From positions 30,256,001-30,320,000 of the forward strand of contig OZ024741.1 of the NCBI GenBank assembly GCA_964016885.1: a stretch of DNA of 64,000 nucleotides. The letters are read 5' to 3'. The notes under the pieces are model-generated. The model had not been told where the DNA came from and made no database searches. It saw only the letters and a program-made list of their open reading frames with translations. Each line of letters begins with the position of its first letter. Within the stretch, counting starts at the first letter, position 1. Below are positions 52,971 through 64,000 of this stretch, one piece after another. Both the position numbers and the translations under genes were made by a program. Origin of the DNA: Eledone cirrhosa. Lineage: Eukaryota.

Positions 52971-53693
52971 TATGTGTGTATAAGTATATACGTATATATA
53001 CACTCATACATATGCACCTTCATATATATCAAAGTATCATGAAAACACTGCCGGGGTTAAACTGATTTCATATATCTGACATGTGTTGGGGCATTGCCCG
53101 ACGGTGCCTAGTCTATATAGTAGAAAGCCATGAGAAGACATGCGCAGAAATTCATATGTATGATTATTGACATGAAAGCTTAAGACCGTGGACACACACG
53201 CATGTATATTCACGTACACTTACTCAACCAGTCACACTCACACATAACTGAAACACGCATAGACACCTCTTTCCACATATGTAAATGTGTGCCTGACATA
53301 TCTTCATAAATAGAACACATTTTCCTTTTCGATTTATTCGAAATATAGTGCTTACGGGGAATCACGTAAACCCTACATCTATCTCTTTACATACCTACCA
53401 ATTTCCCTATCTCTCTAAATGCAGCTCCATCTCTCACTCAACAATATTCTCTATCAGATTCTATCACCGCAGTTACTTTTTATATTCCTACTAATTATAT
53501 GTACACAGCTTCCAATCCCTGCTTCTCACCAAGTAATGAAATATATATTGGATCACACCTCAATGTGTTTAACTTACTTTATATTTCAACATGGTTAACA
53601 CACTTTCCTCATTCCGTCTGATTCCACTCCTCGCGGTAGAGTCCCGCCCCGCGTATATATATATATGTATTTAAGGGTGTTATTATGTATATA

Positions 53694-53760
<67 letters not shown>

Positions 53761-54192
53761 TTGTGTGTGTGTGTGTGTATGTGTGTGTACGCGCATACAC
53801 AGGCATTCATACACGCACACGAACACAACTCCAATAAAGGAAGGTTAAAAACATAACTATTTGCATTTAGAGTGTTATTATATGGGTGAGTATATGATTG
53901 CCAAATAGTTTTATACAAAGGTGAAAGGATTTATGGAGTTATAGGTGAAAGATATGAGAAATATCTTTAAGGGAAAAGATAGAGAATGTTCGATGTAAAC
54001 ACAGATCATAGTAAATGATAAAATAACATTCTTAACTGATTTAATACCTTACAACTCTTTCGACATTGCCATAGGCCATTACATAGTTAGTCAAAATTGA
54101 AGAAGATGGAATACAATTATGTACATGTGCAAAGAAAGAAGCAATACCTACTCAGATGCAAAATCATTAGGAAAAGATGCCGCTGGAAAATA

Positions 54193-55036
54193 CAGGGTGT
54201 CCATAACGTCTCTTTACAAGTTGAAAATATATTACAAAGGCAATTGATAAGACATCTTAATCAGATTTGTTCTATATTCTCAGTAGTTATCACAGTTTTT
54301 AATCGAACTGCATTTGTGTATTTCTGGCATCCTGTTGATGAATGAGGTACTGTTATATGAACCCCTAAAAGATGGCTACTCCTCAAGAAAAGGTGTGTCA
54401 TAATTTATTGAAACAAAATCGGATACGTAGACTCAGCGAAACTACAGAACTACGTATGGAAGGGATCCACCGTGTGGTGTGGCATTATGTGTAATCGAAT
54501 CATTGGTGCATGTTTCTTCAACAAGACATCAATTACTGCAAATGTTTACCTTAACATTTTGAATGAATATGTGGCACCAGAACTAGATGGCTTTCAACCA
54601 ACAATCATTTTCCAGCAAGGTGCAGCACCACCACTTTGGGAACTGCATGTTCCTAAATCAAAAATTTCCAGACTGGTGGATTGGAAGGGATGGTCCAATT
54701 CCCTGGCCACCTCATTCACCAGATATCACTTCCTTGGAGATCTTTATATTAAAGATATCATGTATCGAACAAAGTTAAGACACATCACTGATCTAAAGCA
54801 AAATATCACTGATGCCATTGCCCCCATTGATGAGGCTATGCTTCAGCAAACATACCAAGAAATCTAATACCGTCTTGATGTGCTTCCTCCAATAGTGCTC
54901 ATATAGAGGTATATTAAATCAATTAAGAAAACTTCAATATTTACCCCTCATTTTGTAACACTTTTCACATTTTTGTCTTTTCATTTGCTTTTAGAATAAT
55001 CTTTTTAAATTGTAAAGAAACTTTATGAACACCCTG
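54193..55036 (+). mobile_element. Internally deleted Tc1/mariner-superfamily DNA transposon
   Basis: TA|CAGGGTGTCCATAA..TTATGAACACCCTG|TA TIRs; remnants MATPQEK..YGRDPP, VWCG, FQQGAAPP and WPPHSPDIT. Confidence 0.92.
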
Positions 55037-55139
55037 TATATTATCTTTGCTTCTGAAGAGATATTGCTTCTGTGTGTATCCACTTATATGTATATAACAT
55101 CATTATGTAATCTTTATATGTAATCTTTATATATTTATA

Positions 55140-55725
55140 AAAAAACAAGCTTAAAGATCTACAGTTTGAAGTTCAGAACTGGGAAGTGTTTGCTTTAAAG
55201 AGGGGTAAATAGAGAGGACATGTGAAAAAGACTGCAAAATGTTTGAAGAGAGAAGACTGGACAATGAAAAAGTAAACATCAGCTTCGAAAAAGCCACAGT
55301 ATGAACCTCAATAAGAACATAGCAAGCTGGTGTTGTGAACTGTGGTCGCTTACTGCTCTCTAAATTTGGTTTAGGGTTAGGGTTAGGGTTAGGGTTAAAT
55401 CAGATGAAAAGCCAACTTTATGCAGCTCTATCCCCCCAATACTAGATGAGAAAACATGCGTCACGTGCAAAAAAATCTGCAAACCAATTTATGGTGTTAA
55501 TAGGCATATGAGGGTACATTCGGATGATATCCCACATACTAACCCAATAAATCCAACACAGGGTAACTCTTTCATCTGTCACATTTGCTACACACCGTGT
55601 AAATCTAATGCTGGAATTGAAAGCCACCTTAGAGACCATGAACGAACGTTTGGAGTTGGTGACGTTTGATAGAATTGTATTGGGAGACGGAAGTAATCTG
55701 GAAAGATGAAGCAATTACCACCATA
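55140..55725 (+). mobile_element. RTE-type LINE 3' end with three C2H2-like fingers
   Basis: WE..A..R, FEERRL, CE.CGRLLLSKFGL..MKS, CVTCKKICKPIYGVNRHMRVH and CHICYTPCKSNAGIESHLRDH. Confidence 0.6.
55371..55397 (+). repeat. Interstitial telomeric repeat (TTAGGG)4.5
   Basis: TTAGGGTTAGGGTTAGGGTTAGGGTTA. Confidence 0.9.
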
Positions 55726-56159
55726 TAAAATCTACAGAGAAGGAGAGAAAAAAATTGGTATATATATATTTTTCTTTTGGTATATAAAATCTATATTTTA
55801 TATCAACAGGTAAAATAAAATTAGTAAAAACACATATTTCAATTTAAAAAGAATCCCTGCAAAAAATTGATATAACCTGATCCATATATAACATTATATG
55901 ATATGCTATATTATCTGATATATACACGCATATCAACCTACCCTATCATAATATATATCGAGTATTACTTTGATTTGTTGTCTTCTCGGTTTTTCAGACT
56001 AGATCTATCTATTTTAACTAATAGGCAATGCTACTCATTCCGACATTCTTGTCTGACCATGATTCAATATGCAAAAGCACTCGTCGTTATGCGTATCATC
56101 CATCATCTATGTAGTATCTGTTGGTTAGAGAAGTGATATCCCCTGCCACACCCTACTGT

Positions 56160-56486
56160 ACCTTTGTGGAAAGGTGTGTGAATATAGCGAGAGTGGCCCG
56201 TGTGAATGGGCCTGATCCAATCATGCGCATGTGACTGGCGAGTTTGTAGAGGAGAAGGGCACCCTCGTTGGGTGCTCTTGGAAATTAAGATGATTTAGGT
56301 TCTGCTAAATCCCTAGGTGGCTCCTGGTTGATGCTCCTCCCTACTGGGGAATTGTTATAATTGTATTGTTTATTGTTATTCCTCTTCTTTCTACAGGTTC
56401 TTTCATTCCCTACTGTCCATGTTTTTTTTTGTATTGTCACGTGTTTCGGCCCTTGTTCCGCCCCGCCCAAACGATTATTATTATTT
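56160..56486 (+). mobile_element. Diverged Tx1-type LINE 3' end with short (ATT)n tail
   Basis: GGCCCGTGTGAATGGGCCT, CCTAGGTGG, GGGGAATT and CGGCCCTTGT match 42400-42742. Confidence 0.75.
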
Positions 56487-56510
56487 TTAGTAGAAATAGT
56501 AGTAGTAGTG

Positions 56511-56576
<66 letters not shown>

Positions 56577-56666
56577 ATTGTGGTGGTGGGAATAGCAACA
56601 TTACCTACAACAGCAATAGTGGTTGTAGTATTGGTGGTAGCAGCAGCAACAGCGGCAGTAGTAGTG

Positions 56667-56720
<54 letters not shown>

Positions 56721-57697
56721 CCACCCCTAGTATCATCACCATCACCATTATTAGAAATCGTATTATTAGAGTACTTGTTATTGTTACACTCGACATCAAT
56801 TCTACTTTTCTTAATTCATTTTGTTCGATATTATTAACATTAGTGAAAAACTTAATTACTTGAAAACTCAATTAATCGAAAATTAATTAAATAATTAATA
56901 TAAATTGTGTTAGTCGGAGATAAAGAAATGTGGAGCTTAAAGTGACAAAAATAGAATCATGGCGTATTGTTGAATGTAAGAATACAGAGACGGATGTAAG
57001 ATATTTGGGAAATAATGCAACTTGTGTTTAATATTGGTTCATAATTCCGACCTTGGAGGCCCATATGTGATGTCATTTATAATATCAATATTGCATAATG
57101 GCGGAATATTTTAACAATGAATCTCACCCTGATGGCTGAAAAGTATACTGAATTACTGAGAGATTATCCTTTCGGTAAATGTTTAATAGATCAATGGAGA
57201 TAATTAAGAACATCATAACTATGGTTGACTGCATCATATATAACCTAATCCACAAAACCTATAGTATTGGAAAAATTATTACAAAGTTCCTTATATACAA
57301 ATACCGGAGGTGTTTTCCGCTTCTTCTTTACACCGGCCGGCGTCGAGACCTTAGGCATCCACTGACCCCGGACAGCTGACCTCCTCCTTAAAATCGGATC
57401 GATAGCAGTCAGTTTGAGGAAGGAGCACCGCGAGGTGGGGTGGCTGATGCTGTGTGTGTCGCTGGCCAATGCCCGCGGATATGCCTTTGCCAGTTTGTTC
57501 GCGGCGCGCTGCTGAAACACCGCTCTGACTTAGATGTAGAGTCTGTCACCCTTTCCCCTTCCCCCTTTCTTTTTTCATTTGTTTAATAGTCCTTACCCTT
57601 TCTCTCAGTTATGGCGTTTATAGTCCTTTCCAATACTGTTTTGTTTTTCTGCCTACTTGGATATAAAAACTCACAATTTTACATGGAAACTTTAGAG

Positions 57698-57989
57698 CAT
57701 TCATGGCGAAGCTGTGGCTCGCGAATCTTTCTGAATGGCTCGCCTAAGTCACCTGAGTGAAATCTTTCTGATTTTTTTACCCCAACTTTTCAGTCGTAAT
57801 TTATCATTCTATCATTTTTGAGATCGAGGAAAACAAAGTGTACGAATTCTGAGGAAACAAATCAAAACAACCTGAGTTACCGCCCTTTTATTTAATGTGG
57901 TCACGAATGTAAACGAGTGCTTGCGGCCCGCCTGATGATGAGCCATATCAATGCGGCCCGCTTCTCGAAAATGATTGTCCATGCCTAAA
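57698..57989. mobile_element. Non-autonomous hAT (Charlie-like) element with 8-bp TSD CTTTAGAG
   Basis: TSD at 57690-57697 and 57990-57997; subterminal TGCGGCCCG x2 and TGTGGCTCGCG; degenerate CA..CATGG TIRs. Confidence 0.8.
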
Positions 57990-58086
57990 CTTTAGAGTGA
58001 ACCATATATTTTGAATTAAGTGTAACCAAATATATAACACGTTCTGGATTATCATATCATATTGTCATGGAAAACTTTGCTACGTA

Positions 58087-58302
58087 CGAGGTTTGGTTGA
58101 AAATTTCATACGCTGGATATGAAGGAATGATGCTAGAGCTGTGAAATCATGCTTGTATTAATTTCAACGCTTCTTATTAATAACTGCATTGTTTCTTTCC
58201 AGGGAAAAATAAACCTCATGTGTTCATTATTTGTTCATTGCAAGAGAGTAACTTGGTCAGCCGATGAGCTTTTCAGCCTATTAACTTGACAGCCGACCTT
58301 CG
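58087..58302. mobile_element. Mariner-type MITE
   Basis: TA|CGAGGTTTGGTTGAAAATTTCAT ... ATGAGCTTTTCAGCC..CGACCTTCG|TA. Confidence 0.65.
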
Positions 58303-58462
58303 TATTTTGAATTAAGATAGTGTAACTCGAAGAAATATAAGGTGTGCTGGTTTTTCATATCATATTGTTTTCACATCATATTGTTTTCACATCATATCGT
58401 TATGGAAAATTATACGATGTGTAAACTAGCATATACGTTATCATTCGTTGGAAATACTGATT

Positions 58463-58781
58463 CGCGGCATAAAGTTACAGCCCTTTACATTCTGAGTTCA
58501 AATCACGCCGAGGTTAGCTTTGATAAAATAAAGTACCAGTAACGTACTGGGGTCGATTTAATCGACTTTCCTGTTCCTCCAAAATTGTTGGCCTTGTGCC
58601 TAAATCAGAAACCAGCGGTGGATTGGCAGAATCGGTAGGACGTCGGATATCACGCTTAGCGGCATAGAGTTAAGGCCCTTTACGTTCTCAGTTCAAATTA
58701 CGCAGTAATGCACTGGGTTCGATTTAATCGACTTACCCCCCCCCCAATTGCTGGCCTTTTGCCTTTATCAGAACTTATTAT
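58463..58781 (+). mobile_element. Two tandem SINE family A copies (58463-58614 and 58615-58781), each with deletions
   Basis: GAGTTCAAATC, GTACCAGT, GGCCTTGTGCC; the second starts GCGGTGGATTGGCAG right at the tail of the first. Confidence 0.85.
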
Positions 58782-59011
58782 CAAATCATTATTTCTTTTC
58801 TTGATTTTATTTCTGCTAAACGTTTTACTGTCCAATTCAGAATATTATAACTGTATATTAAAACTGTTCTTATTACAGGGATTGCTAAAGTATTGCTGCC
58901 TATTACCTTATTCTTTGTATTTAGTACTGTTCTTATTAGAAATGGTAGTAGTAATAGTGGTAGCATCAGTAGCAGTAGTGGTAGTAGTAGTAGTGGTGGT
59001 GGTGGTGGTGG

Positions 59012-59064
<53 letters not shown>

Positions 59065-60394
59065 CTCTCAGTGATGCTTTAACTTTATATTTTTGTAACA
59101 TGTGCGTATGTTAGAAAGTGTGTGAATGAGTGTTTGAGTGCGTGTGTGTAGATAATGTGAAAATATGTGATTGAAAATGTATGTGTGACAATGAACGCGT
59201 GTATATGTGTGTTGTAATAGTATAGGTATGTATGCCTGTAACTTTCTCTCACACATTATATGACAAAAATAATGGGTAGATTCTGTAAATATTTTGACCG
59301 CATCAAATAATGGCATTATATACCAGAACCTCTGATGTGGCATAAACATATTCATTGGACAGCTTTAAGCATGGGATTTCGTTAATGACATACAATAACA
59401 GGCAGTTTTTGTAATTTATTTGACAAGATGAAAGGACTAGCAAAGCTTATATGCCCAAATACCTATGCATTAAATATTCCCTCAAATATAGTAATGTTCA
59501 TCTGAAACCTGCGATTATCTTAGGGGAAAAAAGATGAATGAGAGGCTCTGTTTGAACAATCCGCGCACGAATTAAAAGAATATGGTGGATTATGGTAAAA
59601 TATTTGGAGCTTCAGGGGATGAATCGTGTCGTTAAAACGTAGATCAAAATACATTACAGTGTTTTTTCCGGCTTTTTCTGTGCTCTGATTTCAAATCTCG
59701 CTAGCGGTAACTTCGCCTTTCATCTTTTTAGGACCGGCAATATAAAGAACTATATCATGGCGGTTGATTGATAGAATTATTAAAACAGTTAGGTGTAATT
59801 TGAGGGGCATTTGGATGATACTTTTATCATGTCACCTCACAGCATAACAATTCAATCGTTGTATTTGTGCTGTTTATCTCGTAGATTTTATTGTTATACA
59901 TGCTTCGATATATGCTAAACATGATTGATCAGACATATGAACAAAGATGATCCGCCTGTGACCATTTAGACTAAATTTTAAAAGCCATTTCAAAAACAAT
60001 ACTTTCACTTCTCTTTATTAAAGACATCCTATCATATGTCGGACATACTCGGTTGCTATTTATATTAGGTTACTACTCAACAGCTTACAATTCCAATTGA
60101 TAGATTCTTGTTATTCTTTTTCTGTTGCATGTTCCCATATAGACAACAATGTTTCAGCAGTGTTTATCATAATCGTTTTCTTTAAAAAGAAAGTAAACAC
60201 TCTCAAGGACCTCATTATACTGAATCGAATGTGTTTATGTTAAGACAGTAAGTCATAGTTTGAGGTGATAATATTTCTAGCAAGCCCGAGTTACCACATA
60301 AAATACATTTCATTAGATTGCTGGTTGTTTTTTACGCGTTATTTGCAGACCCTTATCTGGTGAAGTTCTATTTATAAGTTGTGATGTTTTCCAG

Positions 60395-60508
60395 AATATC
60401 AGGAATATTCCAGAAGGTTTCTCTTGCCCCACCACCACATCCAGTGTCATCTCCTCCAACACAAGCAATTCTCTAAGTGATTCTAACTTTGATGATGAGG
60501 ATTCAATG
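60395..60508 (+). CDS. Candidate internal exon, 114 nt, phase 0-0, Ser-rich/acidic peptide of an unknown host gene
   Basis: Acceptor GTTTTCCAG, donor ATG|GTTTGT, only frame 0 open: NIRNIPEGFSCPTTTSSVISSNTSNSLSDSNFDDEDSM. Confidence 0.35.
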
Positions 60509-62719
60509 GTTTGTTAAATATTTCTTTAGATATTGTTAAATCATGCTTTATGAGATTGTGAACAGTAAATAGAATATGGAGTAGGGGGAGGAAGAGAGAT
60601 AGAGAAGTGTGAGAGAGGGGGGGGGGGCATAGAAGAGTGGGAACAAGAAGGACTAAGATATAGAAAAAGAGAGAGAGGGATGAAGAGAGATAAAGAAAGA
60701 TGAGGACAGGAAGGTCTAGGGAATAGAGAGAAAGGTGCGGAAAGGAAGGACTATGAGATAGAGAGAAAGAAAGAGAAAGGAAGAGTGAGTGATAAAAGAA
60801 AGATGGAATAATAGAAAATAGAAGAAAAAAAAGGAAATAAAAGTGAAAAAAATTAGAAGAGAAATAATTTAACTGTAATGATTTTGTAGGAAATGAAGTG
60901 TGTAATGATGACGATGGTGATGATGATGGTGGTGGTGGTGGTGGTGGTGGTGAGGGTGATGATGGTGATGATGGTGTCGTTGATGTCGGATAGTGGCGGT
61001 GAAATTGATGACGATGGCGATGATAATGATAATGACTATTATGATGATGGTAGTGTTGGTAGTAGTGTTTTCTTTTTGTTGATGGCGGTGTGGGTAGCGG
61101 TGATGGTGAAGTGCTAGAAGGGATGATGATGATGATGATGTTCATGATGACGACGATGATGGAGATGATGGTGATAATGTTGATAATTTTTATGATGACA
61201 ACGATGATGATGATTTAAATCACGATAAACATAACTTACGGAGATAAATGAAAAGCTGGAATAATTGATCAGTGGAAAGTATCTGTAGCAGAGAAACCAG
61301 CAGGAGATTCACATTAACAACAATTAGACTCTGTATTTTAGTTGAAGTATCGAAATATCATGATAACTATACCACAATGAAGACCATCAAGTTATAATGA
61401 TTAATGAAGCTGTGAAGTAATTTACTTTCTCTAATCCGGATTTAAATTTACTTTAATAGTAAACATGATATGTACAAGACCAAACACATATCTAAACTAT
61501 AATAAAGTAAGGAGTGCGGGACTGCGGACGGTTTATAATTTTTTATCCCATTAGTAAAATAAGTTGGATTACTTTGAATAAATAATGAATGAATATTACA
61601 TAATTTATGTACTAAATTTCGTGGTTGTTGATTACATTATATTTTATTGTTTATTTAAAGATTCACTTCTTTAACATTTTGAAATGTCAACACTTACGGT
61701 TAGCGATCGCTTAAATAAACATTCATATATTTCCGTCACTAATTTTCTCCTATTGCAGTTTATATATAATATCGTCTTTTTTTAATGTATCATGGATTAC
61801 GTTACTGATTACATAAGACAGTGTAACACAGACTTCGTTCAATTTCTGTGTATATTGTCAATTACGATTTTATTTGATGTATCATATCCACATGCATATA
61901 TACTTGCGTATAATATCAATATACACACTACACATACTAGCGGAAAACCACTCGAAGGGTGGTTTTTCTGCTAGTGTATATAATGTTAGGCCAAATGCAC
62001 ATTCAAACAGTACTATGACATGGATAACATTGAACAAGGCCATTGCATGCATATTGCTAAACAATGTATAAATGAAAAATTAAAGAGCGTTATGCCGTGT
62101 ACAATACTAAACAGTTTTATGGCAGTCATATAGCTAAACATTATAACTTCAAATCTCTGTTTCATGATGCGTAAAAAAACTAATGATTGTTATACCATGC
62201 AAATGGCTAAACATTGCTATGTCAAGTGTTATAATGCGTTATAATACGCTTAAAACTAAAACGGATTAAAACATGCGCATAAAAAAAATTCTTATGTAAA
62301 ATTAAAATTTCCAAGGGTCGTGATATAAAACTAAACATTCTTACGACATGTTTATCATAAGTGAAAATAAAACTAAACAACGCAATGTCATACATGTGAC
62401 TAAACAGCGATACAAAATGTGCGAAAGATGACGAGAATTTTAATTTCGAATCATTAAACAATATTCTGGATTCAAACATATTTAATCGTAAAACTGAAAA
62501 ATAAATAAAATTATGATATTTTATAAAATATAAACACTGTTATGAGATACTTAGTATTATGACATGCATATATAAACACCGTAGAATATGTGCAGAACGA
62601 AATAATGTTAGGATATTTACAAAACTGAAGACGTGACATGCACAAAAACAAACAGCCTTATAGTATCTATGAAGAATTCAATATATAATATTGCGAAAAG
62701 TGTATGTTTCCTGTCTAGA

Positions 62720-63360
62720 TTGATTTACCAAGCGGTGATACATTGGTTTAACTCCCCCTAATCATATAGATTGAGCCAGATTCAGCCAAGTCGGACTTTT
62801 ATTCGTCTATATCCAGCGAGTTACTCGATAAGGCGCTGGAGGTCACCGGTAGAATTAGCGATATATATGACTTGGACCGACTGGTAATGTCTGATTGGCG
62901 TAAAACCCTCTTCTTCAACAAGATTGAAACAAAATTGGATACTCCTGTGTGAGGAATATGACATCACGCCTCCTCCATAAACAACAGGACCCAAAGTATA
63001 TAGATATTCTTGTAAAACACATGCGTTATTCCCCCTGTATAAACGAAGCTGAGTTCTATCCCTTGAATGAGCACTTCCAAAAGGAATCCTGGAAATATGT
63101 AGGTATGTCAGACAGCCAATTTAAAATTCGCTTCCTTCATCACAAAACGATCTTCAGGTACCCAAATAAAATAAATACAACAGATTTGGCAAATAAAATA
63201 TGGCAATTCAAAGACAAGAACATAGATTTCTCCATCAAGTGGAAGATACTAGAAAATTCTCCACGGCCAGCAGATTATGCAATGACGAGAAATATTGGAT
63301 ATTTCATAACCTCCACAACAATAAATAAAAACTTAAGAAACGCACATAGTTGTTCTCCCG
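62720..63360 (+). mobile_element. Penelope-like element remnant (RT scraps and GIY-YIG endonuclease)
   Basis: DFYSSISSELLDKAL, RKTLFFN and HWFNSP; YVGMSDSQFKIRFLHHK..TTDLANKIWQFKD..IKWKIL. Confidence 0.8.
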
Positions 63361-63853
63361 ATAGTCTCATGTGTATCAGTACCTTTTAATGAATTGGCCT
63401 CCTTAATATGGATTTGTATCTTTCTTAATCTATCAATTTTTTTTCTGGTCCCCTCGTAAATTTTCGCTAATTTTGCGTTTGTTTACGTTTTTCTCTGTTA
63501 AATTATCTCACCAAGACGAATCAGATTATCTGCCCTTGATTTGTGGCGCTTCTCTCTTGTATTTTCCATTTTGAATAAATGATCCTCAGTTGATTTTCAT
63601 GAGCACATGTTGAACAAGTTGGTCCCCAGGGTGAAGGAAACATACGTACCTGGTATGTCGCAGTTGTAGTAACTGGCCTTAGTAAGTATATATTAAAACT
63701 CGTCCTACAGACTTGAGTTGCTCTATGGCTTGGATATTTTTACCTACCTATTACTGCTATCTCTATCTCTGTATATATATATATATGTATAAAGATAGAT
63801 AGATAGAGAGAGAGAGAGATATGATATAGATATAGATATAGATATATGTATAA

Positions 63854-63900
<47 letters not shown>

Positions 63901-64000
63901 AAAGAGAGACGGAGGCGTATAAATTCGTCCATTAATATACTAGTGGTATGATGAACTACCTTGGCTCTTCATTGTCTTGTGAGTAAATATGAGTGTTCCA

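Noticed and set aside
61240-61282. 43-nt minus-strand micro-exon (CTACAG|..|GTAAGT)
   Set aside because: Splice signals alone are insufficient; no partner exons

Overview
AT-rich, microsatellite-dense eukaryotic genomic DNA, intronic or intergenic. The SINE families and TTAGGG repeats suggest a cephalopod/octopod mollusc (inference). No host protein-coding gene can be called with confidence: most ORFs in the track are artefacts of (TA)n, (CA)n, (AGT)n and (ATT)n tracts, and only a few low-confidence exon or promoter candidates were seen. Retrotransposons dominate the window: L1/Tx1-type LINEs (CCHC ORF1 plus EN-RT ORF2), R4/Dong-type RLE LINEs, RTE fragments, a Penelope-like GIY-YIG remnant, two tRNA-derived SINE families and a solo LTR. 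Mariner and hAT elements and several foldback or palindromic repeats are also present. The most notable structure is an ~18 kb chain (25.9-44.2 kb) in which Tx1-type LINEs and SINE-A (+ strand) alternate with Dong/R4-type LINEs (- strand), mostly joined through (ATT)n/(TAA)n tracts. SINE-A and the Tx1-type LINE share a covarying 3' stem-loop (loop CUUGU) and an (ATT)n tail, pointing to a SINE-LINE partnership that seeds its own target. Also notable are a degenerate minimal hammerhead ribozyme in a 331-nt retrozyme-like repeat unit, a twin-priming-type inversion that stops at the ORF2 start, and a TTAGGG patch inside an RTE zinc-finger region.
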